Source: an uncultured Solirubrobacterales bacterium (lineage in GTDB: Bacteria > Actinomycetota > Thermoleophilia > Solirubrobacterales > 70-9). Taken from it: a stretch of 64,000 nt of DNA. The position numbers and the translations under genes were made by a program. Where the stretch lies: positions 353,127 through 417,126 of the forward strand of contig CAVXGF010000005.1 of NCBI GenBank assembly GCA_963761215.1, read 5' to 3'. The first letter of the stretch is position 1. Each line of letters starts with the position of its first letter. Below are positions 56,035 to 64,000 of the stretch, in pieces. A model generated the notes under the pieces. The model worked only from the letters and a program-made list of their open reading frames with translations, was not told the origin of the DNA and searched no databases.

Positions 56035-56384
56035 CCGCCCGCCCCGAGCGCCGAGCGCGCGCCGACCGTGAATCGCGGCAGCCACGGCACCAGGCGCGGC
56101 ACCGTGACCTTGACGGCGACCGGCCCGGAGCCCTCGACCCTGGCTCCCGGGCGCATCGAGGGCGGCAGCGCGCGCCGCGCCGCGGCGGCGCCGTCAGCCC
56201 CGACCAGGGCGGCCCTGGCGCCGGCGCGAGCGGCGACGCTCGCCGACCAGAGAGCCTGGCCGGCGAGCGCGACCTGCGCCGCGAGCGCGACCGCGAGCAG
56301 CAGGAACGGGACCACCGCGATCAACTCGACCGAGGCGGTTCCCCTCTCCCGGTGACCTTTGGTGCTGGCGGTTGGCTGCGGCAC
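56031..56384 (-). CDS. TadE-like pseudopilin-type protein
   Basis: MPQPTASTKGHRERGTASVELIAVVPFLLLAVALAAQVALAG... Confidence 0.7.
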   Translation of the reverse strand: MPQPTASTKGHRERGTASVELIAVVPFLLLAVALAAQVALAGQALWSASVAARAGARAALVGADGAAAARRALPPSMRPGARVEGSGPVAVKVTVPRLVPWLPRFTVGARSALGAGG

Positions 56385-56485
56385 CCCGCCACCGTGACAG
56401 CGGCGGGCGCACGCGTTGCGCGCAGATCGAGCCGCTTGTGCAAATTCTCAGGCGCGAAACCCGCGCCGGCCGGCGCGGGCGCCGA

Positions 56486-56837
56486 TCAGTAGGTGTTCGC
56501 CTCGATCCAGATGCGCCAGATCGCCGCCACCGAGGCCGCCGAGCAGGACGAGCCACAGCACCGTGCCGCCGCCGCTGGAGAACAGCTTGGTGGTGCCCGC
56601 GATCAGCAGCGCGATCAGGCCGAAGGCGCCGTAGAAGATCGCCCGCCGGCGGTCGCTCAGGGTCGCCAGGGTGAGCTGGTTTTGGCGGCTGAGGACGTAG
56701 AGCATCCAGCTGATCCCCGCCAGGAAGCCCATCGTGATCGCGGCGAAGATCGCTTCGAGGACGCGGCCGCCCGCAGGGACGAAGGCGACGCCGAGCGCCA
56801 GCACGAGGATGATCGCGACGTTGCGAGCGTTGCGCAT
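56486..56837 (-). CDS. small 3-4-TM membrane protein (hypothetical); one frame change near 56530
   Basis: MRNARNVAIILVLALGVAFVPAGG...FLAGISWMLYVL...FGLIALLIAGTTKLF...VLWLVLLGGLG, then VAAIWRIWIEANTY ending at TGA 56486-56488 in the adjacent frame. Confidence 0.45.
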
Positions 56838-56856
56838 GGACCGATTGTACGCGGGC

Positions 56857-57099
56857 CTACTTCCCGGCCACCACGATGATCCCGATCACCACGGCGGCGG
56901 CGACGCAGGCGAACGCGGTCGTGGCGACCACCGCGGCGAGGCCCGCGCCAAGCGTCCGTTCCTCCCGCGAGAGGTCGGAGAACCGCCCGACGCCCCAGAT
57001 CGCGATCGCGAAGATCGCGGTCACGCCGACGCCCAGCAGCAGCGAGGCGAGGACCGTTTCGAGCAGCTGCTTGCCTTCTACGAGGGTCGCGAGGCTCAT
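56857..57099 (-). CDS. small 2-TM membrane protein (hypothetical)
   Basis: 80 aa from ATG 57099, with ATGA overlap to the pit stop: MSLATLVEGKQLLETVLASLLLGVGVTAIFAIAIWGV...LAAVVATTAFACVAAAVVIGIIVVAGK. Confidence 0.5.
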   Translation of the reverse strand: MSLATLVEGKQLLETVLASLLLGVGVTAIFAIAIWGVGRFSDLSREERTLGAGLAAVVATTAFACVAAAVVIGIIVVAGK

Positions 57100-58199
57100 C
57101 CGCCGGAGGCCGGTACGGGGGCGCCGCGCTGCGCCCGTCGCGCGAACGCGACGACGATCAGGGAGACCGCCATCAGGGCGACCAGAACGGGGCCGAGCGC
57201 CCCGGTGCCGAAGATCCGCGAGACGCCGTAAGCCAAGGCGCCGATCGCCGCCGCCGCCGGCAGGGTGAGGAGCCAGGCGAAGACGATGTTGCCGGCGACC
57301 CCCCAGCGCACCGCCGAGATCCGCTTCGCCGCGCCGGCCCCCATCACGCCGCCGTTGATCACGTGCGTGGTCGAGAGCGGGAACCCGAAGTGGGTCGAGG
57401 CGAGGATCACGACCGCCCCGGCTCCCTGCGAGGAGAAGCCCTGGGCCGGGTCCATCTTGATGATCCGCGTGCCGGTCGTGCGGATGATCCGCCAACCGCC
57501 GCTGTAGGTCCCGAGCGCGATCGCCGTGGCCGCGGAGAGGATCACCCAGAAGGGCGGGTCGGAGTTGGCGCCGAGGCTGCCGTTGGCGATCAGGGCCAGC
57601 GTGATCACCCCCATCGTCTTCTGCGCGTCGTTGGTCCCGTGGGCGAGCGCGAGCAGGCCCCCCGAGATCACCTGCCCCTGCTTGAAGCCGCGACTGACGA
57701 TCCCCGGTCGCTGCCCGCCGACGATCCGGTAGACGGCGACGATCGCGATCCCGGCGACCCCGAAGGCCAGCAGCGGCGCGACCACCGCGGGGATCAGCAC
57801 CTTCCCGACCAGGCCGTCGGCGATGATCGAGTTGAACCCGGCAGCCGCCACGGCGGAGCCGACCACGCCGCCGATCAGCGCGTGGGAGGAGCTCGAGGGC
57901 AGGCCGACGGACCAGGTGATCAGGTTCCAGGCGATCGCCCCGATCAGCCCGGCGAAGACGATCGACGGCGTGATCACGTCCGCGTTGACGACGTCGTTGG
58001 CGACCGTCGCGGCGACCGAGATCGAGATGAAGGCGCCGACGAAGTTGAGCAGCGCCGCCACCCCGATCGCCACCGACGGCCTCGCCGCCCCGGTCGAGAT
58101 CGAGGTCGCCACCACGTTGGCCGTGTCGTGGAACCCGTTGGTGAAGTCGAACGCCAGCGCCGTCCCCACGACCAGGACCAGGATGACGTCCGAGCTCAT
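57096..58199 (-). CDS. pit: inorganic phosphate transporter, PiT family
   Basis: Intact from ATG 58199: FDFTNGFHDTANVVATSI, ALAHGTNDAQKTMG, and STTHVINGGVMGAG. Confidence 0.9.
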   Translation of the reverse strand: MSSDVILVLVVGTALAFDFTNGFHDTANVVATSISTGAARPSVAIGVAALLNFVGAFISISVAATVANDVVNADVITPSIVFAGLIGAIAWNLITWSVGLPSSSSHALIGGVVGSAVAAAGFNSIIADGLVGKVLIPAVVAPLLAFGVAGIAIVAVYRIVGGQRPGIVSRGFKQGQVISGGLLALAHGTNDAQKTMGVITLALIANGSLGANSDPPFWVILSAATAIALGTYSGGWRIIRTTGTRIIKMDPAQGFSSQGAGAVVILASTHFGFPLSTTHVINGGVMGAGAAKRISAVRWGVAGNIVFAWLLTLPAAAAIGALAYGVSRIFGTGALGPVLVALMAVSLIVVAFARRAQRGAPVPASGG

Positions 58200-58816
58200 G
58201 AGTTCTTGATCACGATGCCCTCGAGGATCTGGGCGGCGTCCTCGGTCGCGTCGATCGCGCTCTCCAGCACGGCGAAGATGTCCTTCCACCGGATCACGAC
58301 CATCGGGTCGATCCCGTTCGAGAAGAGCGAGGCGACCGCATCGCGGGAGATCCGGTCGCCGTCGTTCTCGAGCCGGTGGATCTCGATCCAGTAGCGCTCG
58401 AGGTCCTTGAAATCGCGCAGGTGGGCGAGGCCCTCGGCGAGCTGCTCGCAGGCGGCCACCAGGACCTTGGTCAGCGCCGCCGCCTGCTCCATCGGCGCCT
58501 CGATCTTGTAGAGCCCGAGGAAGTCGGCGGCCTCCTCGGTGAAGTCGACGATGTCGTCCATCTGGGTCGCGAGGCCGTAGATGTCCTCGCGGTCGATCGG
58601 CGTGACGAAGGTCGAGTTGAGCCGTTTGATGATGTCGTGGGTGATCCGGTCGCCCTCCTGCTCGGCTTTGAGGATCTCCCGCGAGAGCCCGCCGGCGTCG
58701 GGCCACGCTTCCATCATCTGGTCGAGCAGGCGGGCGGCGTGGACGGTGTTCTTGCCCGCCTCGACGAAGAGCTCGAAGAAGGTGCGATCGCGGGGAAGGA
58801 GCGAGAAGCGCGCCAC
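58196..58816 (-). CDS. DUF47 (PhoU-like, Pit accessory) protein
   Basis: 206 aa: ...FFELFVEAGKN...EQEGDRITHDIIKRLNSTFVTPIDREDI...LENDGDRISRDAVASLF. ATGA overlap with pit. Confidence 0.8.
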   Translation of the reverse strand: MARFSLLPRDRTFFELFVEAGKNTVHAARLLDQMMEAWPDAGGLSREILKAEQEGDRITHDIIKRLNSTFVTPIDREDIYGLATQMDDIVDFTEEAADFLGLYKIEAPMEQAAALTKVLVAACEQLAEGLAHLRDFKDLERYWIEIHRLENDGDRISRDAVASLFSNGIDPMVVIRWKDIFAVLESAIDATEDAAQILEGIVIKNS

Positions 58817-58851
58817 CGGGGCATCCTAGTGCCGCCGGCGGAGCCGGCCCA

Positions 58852-60954
58852 TCAGGTCGCCGCCGCGAGCTGCTCGGCGGCGCGCGCCGCATACAGCTCC
58901 TGCAGCTCGCGCTGGACGTTGCGGGGCGTTTCGTCGGGCCCGACCGAGAGCCGCCTCCAGCCCCCGTCGGAGTCAAGCTCCCAGGCGTTGGTGTTGTCGG
59001 CGAGGCAGCGCTCGAGCAGGTCCAGCATCGAGGCGCGCAGCTCGGGGTCTTCGACCGGGGTGACCAGCTCGACCCGGCTGTCGAGGTTGCGCGGCATCAG
59101 GTCGGCGGACCCCATCAGCACCCGCGTCTCCTCGCCCTGCTGGAAGGAGTAGATGCGGGAGTGCTCGAGGAAGCGGCCGAGGATCGAGAGCACCCGGATG
59201 TTCTCCGAGACGCCGGGGACGCCCGGGCGCAGGCAGCAGATCCCGCGCACGTTGAGGTCGATCCGGACGCCGGCCTGGGATGCTTCGTACAGCGTCTGGA
59301 TGCAGCGCGCGTCGACCAGCGAGTTCATCTTCATCGCGATCCGCGCCGGCTCGCCGGCGCGATGCGCGGCGACCGTGCGCTCGATCTCCTCGATCATCCG
59401 GTCGCGCATCGTCGTCGGCGAGACCAGGACCTTGCGGTAGACCGCGGGCCTGCCGTACCCGGTGAGGAAGTTGAACAGCTCGGCGACGTCCGCGCCGATG
59501 TCCGGATCGGCGGTGAAGAGGCCGAAGTCGGTGTAGAGGCGCGCGGTCTTCGGGTGGTAGTTGCCGGTCCCGATGTGGACGTACTCGCGCACCCGCTCGC
59601 CCTCGCGGCGGGCGACCAGGATCGCCTTCGCGTGGGTCTTCAGCCCCGGGATGCCGTAGACGACGTGAACGCCCGCCTCCTCCAGGGACTTCGCCCAGTG
59701 GATGTTGGCCTCCTCGTCGAAGCGGGCTTTCAGCTCGACCATGCAGACCGCCTGCTTGCCGCGTTCGGAGGCCCGGATCAGCGCCGGCACCAGGGGCGAG
59801 TCGTCGCTGGTCCGGTACACGGTCTGCTTGATCGCGAGCACGTCGGGGTCGGCGACCGCCTGCTCGACGAAGCGCTCGACCGAGCTCGAGAAGGAGTCGT
59901 AGGGGTGGTGGACGAGCAGGTCGCCCTGGCGAATCGCCGCAAACATGTCGACCGGGTCGTCGTCCTCCCCGTAGAGCCGCTGCTGGGTGACCGGGGAGAA
60001 AGGCGGGAAGCGCAGCTCCGCGTGGCCGGCGACGTCGGCGACGTCGTGCAGATCGCCGAGGTCGATCAGCCCGTCGACGTCGTACACCTCGCGCGCTTCC
60101 AGGCGCAGGGCGTCGATCAGCTGCTCGCGCAGCTTCGGGTTCATCCCGGCGGCCACCTCGAGCCGGACGACCTCGCCGAAGCGGCGCCGGCGCAGCTCGT
60201 CCTGGACCGCCTGGAGGAGGTCGTCGGCCTCGTCGCTGACGGTGAAGTCGGCGTCGCGGGTGACCCGGAAGTACCCGTGGTCGATCACGTCGGTGCCCGG
60301 GAAGAGGGCCTCGAGGTTGGCGGCGATCGCCTCCTCGAGGGGCACGAAGGAGGTGCCGTCGCCGCCGACCGGGAGGAAGCGCCCGAGCAGCTCCTTCGGC
60401 ACCTTGACCCGGGCGATGATCTCGGTGCCGCTCTCGGGGTCGCGCAGCAGCACGCCGAGGCTGAGCGACAGGTTGGAGATGTAGGGGAAGGGCCGGCCCA
60501 GACCGATCACCAGCGGCGTAAGCGCCGGGAAGACCTGCTCGTGGAAGCGGGCGTCGATTTCGCGCCGCTCCTGCTCGCTCGCGGTCTCCAGCGAGACGAT
60601 CCGGATCCCCTCCTCCTCCAGGGCCGGCCGCAGGACGCCGCCGAAGCAGGCGTGAAGGCGCCGGTCGAGCTCGAGCACCCGGGCCTGGATCGAGTCGATC
60701 TGGACGCTCGGGGGCAGGCCGTCGGGGCCGCGCGCGTCGATCCCCGCGTCGAGCTGGTCGAACAGGCCGGCGACCCGGACCATGAAGAACTCGTCGAGGT
60801 TGGACGCGTAGATCGCGCAGAAGCGCAGGCGCTCGAGCAGCGGGACCTCGGGGTCCTCGGCCAGTTCGAGAACCCGCTGGTTGAAGTCCACCCAGGAGAG
60901 CTCGCGGTTGAAGTAGAGAGCGGGATCGTCGATCGGGCCATCGTACTGCGGCAC
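58852..60954 (-). CDS. ppk: polyphosphate kinase 1
   Basis: Intact 700 aa: YFNRELSWVDFNQRVL, SNLDEFFMVRV, KTHAK(A)ILV, and the HIGTGNYH pair of PLD-like motifs. Confidence 0.9.
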   Translation of the reverse strand: MPQYDGPIDDPALYFNRELSWVDFNQRVLELAEDPEVPLLERLRFCAIYASNLDEFFMVRVAGLFDQLDAGIDARGPDGLPPSVQIDSIQARVLELDRRLHACFGGVLRPALEEEGIRIVSLETASEQERREIDARFHEQVFPALTPLVIGLGRPFPYISNLSLSLGVLLRDPESGTEIIARVKVPKELLGRFLPVGGDGTSFVPLEEAIAANLEALFPGTDVIDHGYFRVTRDADFTVSDEADDLLQAVQDELRRRRFGEVVRLEVAAGMNPKLREQLIDALRLEAREVYDVDGLIDLGDLHDVADVAGHAELRFPPFSPVTQQRLYGEDDDPVDMFAAIRQGDLLVHHPYDSFSSSVERFVEQAVADPDVLAIKQTVYRTSDDSPLVPALIRASERGKQAVCMVELKARFDEEANIHWAKSLEEAGVHVVYGIPGLKTHAKAILVARREGERVREYVHIGTGNYHPKTARLYTDFGLFTADPDIGADVAELFNFLTGYGRPAVYRKVLVSPTTMRDRMIEEIERTVAAHRAGEPARIAMKMNSLVDARCIQTLYEASQAGVRIDLNVRGICCLRPGVPGVSENIRVLSILGRFLEHSRIYSFQQGEETRVLMGSADLMPRNLDSRVELVTPVEDPELRASMLDLLERCLADNTNAWELDSDGGWRRLSVGPDETPRNVQRELQELYAARAAEQLAAAT

Positions 60955-60973
60955 GAGCGCCTGTCCCAGCCGC

Positions 60974-63244
60974 TCAGGCGACCTGGACGAGGCCCTGCGG
61001 GCGGCGCGCCGAGCCGGTGCCGAGGGCGCGCGCGTAGCCGTTCGCGAGCTGCTCCAGCGAGCGCTCCCAAGTCCGCGCCCGCGCCGCCGCGGCGGCGGCG
61101 TTGCCGAGCCGGCGCCGCAGCAGCGGCGCCGCGGCCAGCTGCAGCAGCGCTCCCGCGAGGTGGTCGGCGTCCGGGCGGCAGAGCATCCCGGTGTGCCGGT
61201 TCTCGACCAGCGCCGCCGGGCCGCCTTCGGCGACCGCGACGACCGGCAGCCCGCTGGCCCCGGCCTCGAGGATCACCTGCCCGAAGGTGTCGGTCGCGCT
61301 GGCGAAGAGGAAGACGTCGGCGCTGGCGTAGGCGCGCGGCAGGTCCTCCCCGCCGAGCCAGCCGAGGAAGGTCGCGCTCTCCCCCAGCCTGCGGCGCAGC
61401 TCCTCCTCCTCGGGCCCGCCGCCGGCCAGCAGCAGGTGCAGGCGCGGGTCGGCGCGATGGGCGCGGAGGAAGCTCTCGGCCAGCAGGCCGACGCCCTTCT
61501 CACGGCTCAGACGGCCGGCGTAGAGGACCTTGATCTCGCCGGGGAAGGCGTCGCGCTCGCCCTTCACGGGGTCGAAGCGGGCGAGGTCGACGCCCCGCTC
61601 CCAGCGCCCGAGCCGTGCCGGGTCGGCGCCCAGCGCTGTCAGCGAGGCGTCGGCCGAGGGGCTGGGCGAGAGGACCAGCGCCGGGGCGCCGTAGAAGACG
61701 CCGAGCGCGATCCGAACCATCGCCTCGAGGCCGCCGTCGCCGCTGCGCATGCCTGCGTAGGTGGCGAGCTCGGTGTGGTAGCTGGCGAGCAGCGGCGCGC
61801 CGGTGATCCGGCTGAGCAGGGTCGCGGCGACCCCGGCGGGACCGGGGGCGGTGACGTGGATCAGGTCGTAGCGGCCCTCGGCCAGAGTCTCGACCAGGTC
61901 CGGCAGGCCGGGCACGCCGAGCCTCATCCCGGCGTAGAAGGGGAGCTCGAGCTCGGTCGCCGCGGGCAGGCGCCGGTCGACGCCCGGGTCGGTGCCGATC
62001 ACCTCGACCTCGAAGCCGGGCACGCCGCGCTCGCGGATCTGCTCGATCGTGTGCGTGACCCCGTGCATCGAGCCGATCCCGTCGGCGATCAGCGCCACCC
62101 GGCCGCGCTCCCCCTCACGGTCGGAGAGCTTCGCCTTCTCGGCCCCGAGAAAGGCGGCCGAGGGGGCGTAGGGAACGGCCGGGAGCAGCGCCTCGAAGAG
62201 GCCCCCGATGGCGGCCGGGAGGTCCCCCGCGGCGACGGCGGCGCTGCCGTTGTCGATCGCGCCGCGCAGGCGGCGGTCGTGGAAGCGGCGGGCACGCCGG
62301 TAGAGGTCGGCGTGGGAGAACTCCTCGCCCTGCAGGTGCTCGATCAGCTCGCGGCCGCGCAGCTCCAGGCCGATGCTCGAGAGCCAGGCCTCGAGCAGGT
62401 CGCGGGCGTCGTCGGGGCCGATGTCGGCGGCGACCTTGCCCTCGCGCACGGCGCCCTCGCGGATCACCCGTTCGGCCATCTTCAGCACCGCGCCCGGGTC
62501 CCACCCGCCCTCCGCGGCGGGCTCGCGGTCGCCGAGCGCGCGGCTCGCCAGCGCCATCGCGGCGTGCGTCCACTTGGCCGCGCTGCCCTGCTCGCCCCGC
62601 GCCTCGGCGTCGCCGCGGCGCAGGTGCGCGAGAAACTCTTCCGGCGTCGCGGCGGCCGGCGCCTCGGTGAAGGTGCGGCCGATGTCGACGCCGGCATGGT
62701 CGTCGGAGCCGCCGATGCCGGTGCCCCCGCGCGTCTCTATGTAGACGACGGCGGGCATGTTCAGCTCGGCCGCTCGCGACCCGTTGCGGACCTCCCAGAT
62801 CGGGAAGAGCTCCGCCAGTCGCCGCCGATGCCGCCTCCCCAGCGGCGCCGCGACGTTGAAGAACGGGTGGGCGAGCGCACAGGCGATCCCGTTCTCGTGC
62901 AGGAATGCGGCGCAGGCCTCGACGTCGCCGGAATGGGCCTGCAGCCACTCATGGTCCCCGGGAGTGATCCCGTAGCAAAGGACGTGAACCGCCTGGGGCT
63001 CGCCGGCAAAGCGGGCGGTCAGCTCCTCGGAGATGAAGCAGTCCGGGCGGTCCTGGAGCTCCAGGCAGCCCGCGATCGTGTCGTGATCGGTGATCGTCAC
63101 GAAGTCCATCCCCCGCCGCTTGGCGAGCGCGTAGACCTCCTCGGGGGGCGTCGCGCACTCGGGCAGGCCGAGCGAGCGCTGAACCCCCAGCCGGGACAGC
63201 TGCGAGGCGGTGGAATGGCAATGCAAGTCAACTCGGGAAGTCAT
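60974..63244 (-). CDS. PHP-domain phosphoesterase fused to a GT4 glycosyltransferase (756 aa)
   Basis: Intact. PHP: VDLHCHSTAS...FVTITDHDT...HPF...GGSDDHAG. GT4: IHVTAPGPAG...YAGRLSREKGV...FLFASATDTFGQVILEAGASGLPVVA (E-x7-E region). Confidence 0.8.
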   Translation of the reverse strand: MTSRVDLHCHSTASQLSRLGVQRSLGLPECATPPEEVYALAKRRGMDFVTITDHDTIAGCLELQDRPDCFISEELTARFAGEPQAVHVLCYGITPGDHEWLQAHSGDVEACAAFLHENGIACALAHPFFNVAAPLGRRHRRRLAELFPIWEVRNGSRAAELNMPAVVYIETRGGTGIGGSDDHAGVDIGRTFTEAPAAATPEEFLAHLRRGDAEARGEQGSAAKWTHAAMALASRALGDREPAAEGGWDPGAVLKMAERVIREGAVREGKVAADIGPDDARDLLEAWLSSIGLELRGRELIEHLQGEEFSHADLYRRARRFHDRRLRGAIDNGSAAVAAGDLPAAIGGLFEALLPAVPYAPSAAFLGAEKAKLSDREGERGRVALIADGIGSMHGVTHTIEQIRERGVPGFEVEVIGTDPGVDRRLPAATELELPFYAGMRLGVPGLPDLVETLAEGRYDLIHVTAPGPAGVAATLLSRITGAPLLASYHTELATYAGMRSGDGGLEAMVRIALGVFYGAPALVLSPSPSADASLTALGADPARLGRWERGVDLARFDPVKGERDAFPGEIKVLYAGRLSREKGVGLLAESFLRAHRADPRLHLLLAGGGPEEEELRRRLGESATFLGWLGGEDLPRAYASADVFLFASATDTFGQVILEAGASGLPVVAVAEGGPAALVENRHTGMLCRPDADHLAGALLQLAAAPLLRRRLGNAAAAAARARTWERSLEQLANGYARALGTGSARRPQGLVQVA

Positions 63245-63301
63245 CGGTGTCTCCCTACTCGATTCCTCTTATCACCGCCATATTTCGCGATTTGCAGGGA
63301 A

Positions 63302-63334
63302 AACTTGTGAACGCCCTGGGAACCGCGTGTGAAC
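63302..63334 (-). promoter_or_regulatory. PHO-box-like element: three contiguous 11-nt direct repeat units upstream of the PHP-GT4/ppk/pit run
   Basis: The minus strand reads GTTCACACGCG GTTCCCAGGGC GTTCACAAGTT with exact 11-nt phasing, ending 57 nt upstream of ATG 63244. Confidence 0.45.
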
Positions 63335-63430
63335 TTCGCGTAACCGGGCCGGTGCGGCGCTGCGCAGCTCTCGGTGCCGATGGCCACTGAAATCCGCCCG
63401 GCGGCGTGAGGCTCTCGGGAAGCTTGGAGG

Positions 63431-64000
63431 CTAGGCGGCCAGGCGTTCGGTGGGTGAGCCCGCGTGGCCGTTGAGGAGGTCGAGGATGACCCCCTCGCGC
63501 AGCCCGCCCTTGCCGATCTGCAACGGCTGGCCGAGCAGCTCGGAGACCTTCTCCAGCAGCAGCACGCCGGTGGCGAGGATGCGCACCCGCTGGGGATCGA
63601 GCTCGAAGCGGCGCGCGACCTCGGCCGCGGGATCGCCGCAGAGGACGCGGACGCCCCGCTCGAGCGTCTCGTACTCGAGCACGGCGCCGACCAGCCGGCG
63701 CAGCGAGGTGGCGCTGCCGCCGACCGCGACCGCCTGCGCCGGGTGCTCGATCTCGACCCCGTCGAAGATGTCGTCGATCCGGTCCCTGACCTTGCGGATC
63801 TCCGCCGCCGAGGGCGGGTCGGAGCCGATCAGCTCGTCCGCCAGCACGCCCGAGCCGACGCGCCAGGAGCGCACCTCGTCGACCCCGCCGGGCACGGTGC
63901 CGAGGATCACCTCGGTCGAGCCGCCGCCGACGTCGACGACGCCGACCGTGCCCGCGACCGGGTGGCCGAGCGTCTTGGTCGCGCCGATGAAGGAGAGCCT
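63431..64000 (-). CDS. ppx: Ppx/GppA-family exopolyphosphatase, C-terminal part; runs off the right edge
   Basis: The frame is open to the window edge: ...GATKTLGHPVAGTVGVVDVGGGSTEVILGT...AVGGSATSLRRL...ILATGVLLLEKV. Confidence 0.75.
   Translation of the reverse strand, partial: RLSFIGATKTLGHPVAGTVGVVDVGGGSTEVILGTVPGGVDEVRSWRVGSGVLADELIGSDPPSAAEIRKVRDRIDDIFDGVEIEHPAQAVAVGGSATSLRRLVGAVLEYETLERGVRVLCGDPAAEVARRFELDPQRVRILATGVLLLEKVSELLGQPLQIGKGGLREGVILDLLNGHAGSPTERLAA

Overview
Very GC-rich chromosomal segment (about 70% G+C by eye). I found no rRNA, CRISPR array, transposase, integrase or phage genes. Gene content and local order suggest a high-GC monoderm, possibly Actinomycetota of the Thermoleophilia/Rubrobacteria type. 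That placement is tentative and rests on alkB-rubredoxin-tetR, uvrC-rapZ, gap-pgk-tpiA and Rv3654c-style TadE-like genes. I can support about 70 protein genes, one tRNA-Gly(CCC), four hairpin terminators and three candidate regulatory sites.

Content from left to right:
- Stress genes: PpsA-like, USP, Hsp20 and an M50 protease.
- A translationally coupled heme-b/ApbE membrane redox operon, followed by a two-component system.
- An alkB-rubredoxin-TetR alkane hydroxylase cluster, then secG.
- System I cytochrome c maturation genes ccmE (CXXXY type) and ccmF.
- A cell-envelope accessory block at 15.7-27.5 kb: a GT2 glycosyltransferase, two tandem ~1000-codon secreted paralogues of unknown family, an ArsR-like regulator, a pair of proteins with TasA/SipW-class signal peptides, and a PD40 propeller.
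- Thiolase and thioesterase genes.
- A tRNA-Gly-proximal islet with hicAB and an orphan gene with atypical codon usage.
- ccmG-ccmH, argS, a Ser/Thr kinase and tgt.
- gap-pgk-tpiA-gpmI, an ABC exporter, and rapZ-uvrC.
- Enoyl-CoA hydratase, a cupredoxin and a MaoC dehydratase.
- An orphan Tad-pseudopilin-like operon ending in a TadE/G-N + VanY + SLT fusion.
- A phosphate/polyphosphate run (PHP-GT4 fusion, ppk, DUF47, pit, ppx) preceded by a PHO-box-like triple direct repeat.

Technical caveat: about 29 genes, including argS, gap, pgk, tpiA, gpmI, ccmF, the thiolase and uvrC, can only be read by stitching two or more reading frames. Long neighbouring genes (ppk, PHP-GT4, tgt, pit, the kinase, the Ig-repeat protein) are intact. 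I read this as patchy indel error in the assembly rather than real pseudogenes. End coordinates of stitched genes are therefore approximate.

Best follow-up candidates: the giant paralogue pair, the TasA-class pair, the orphan Tad-like/peptidoglycan-hydrolase operon, the CXXXY CcmE co-occurring with CcmH, and the PHO-box-led polyP operon.
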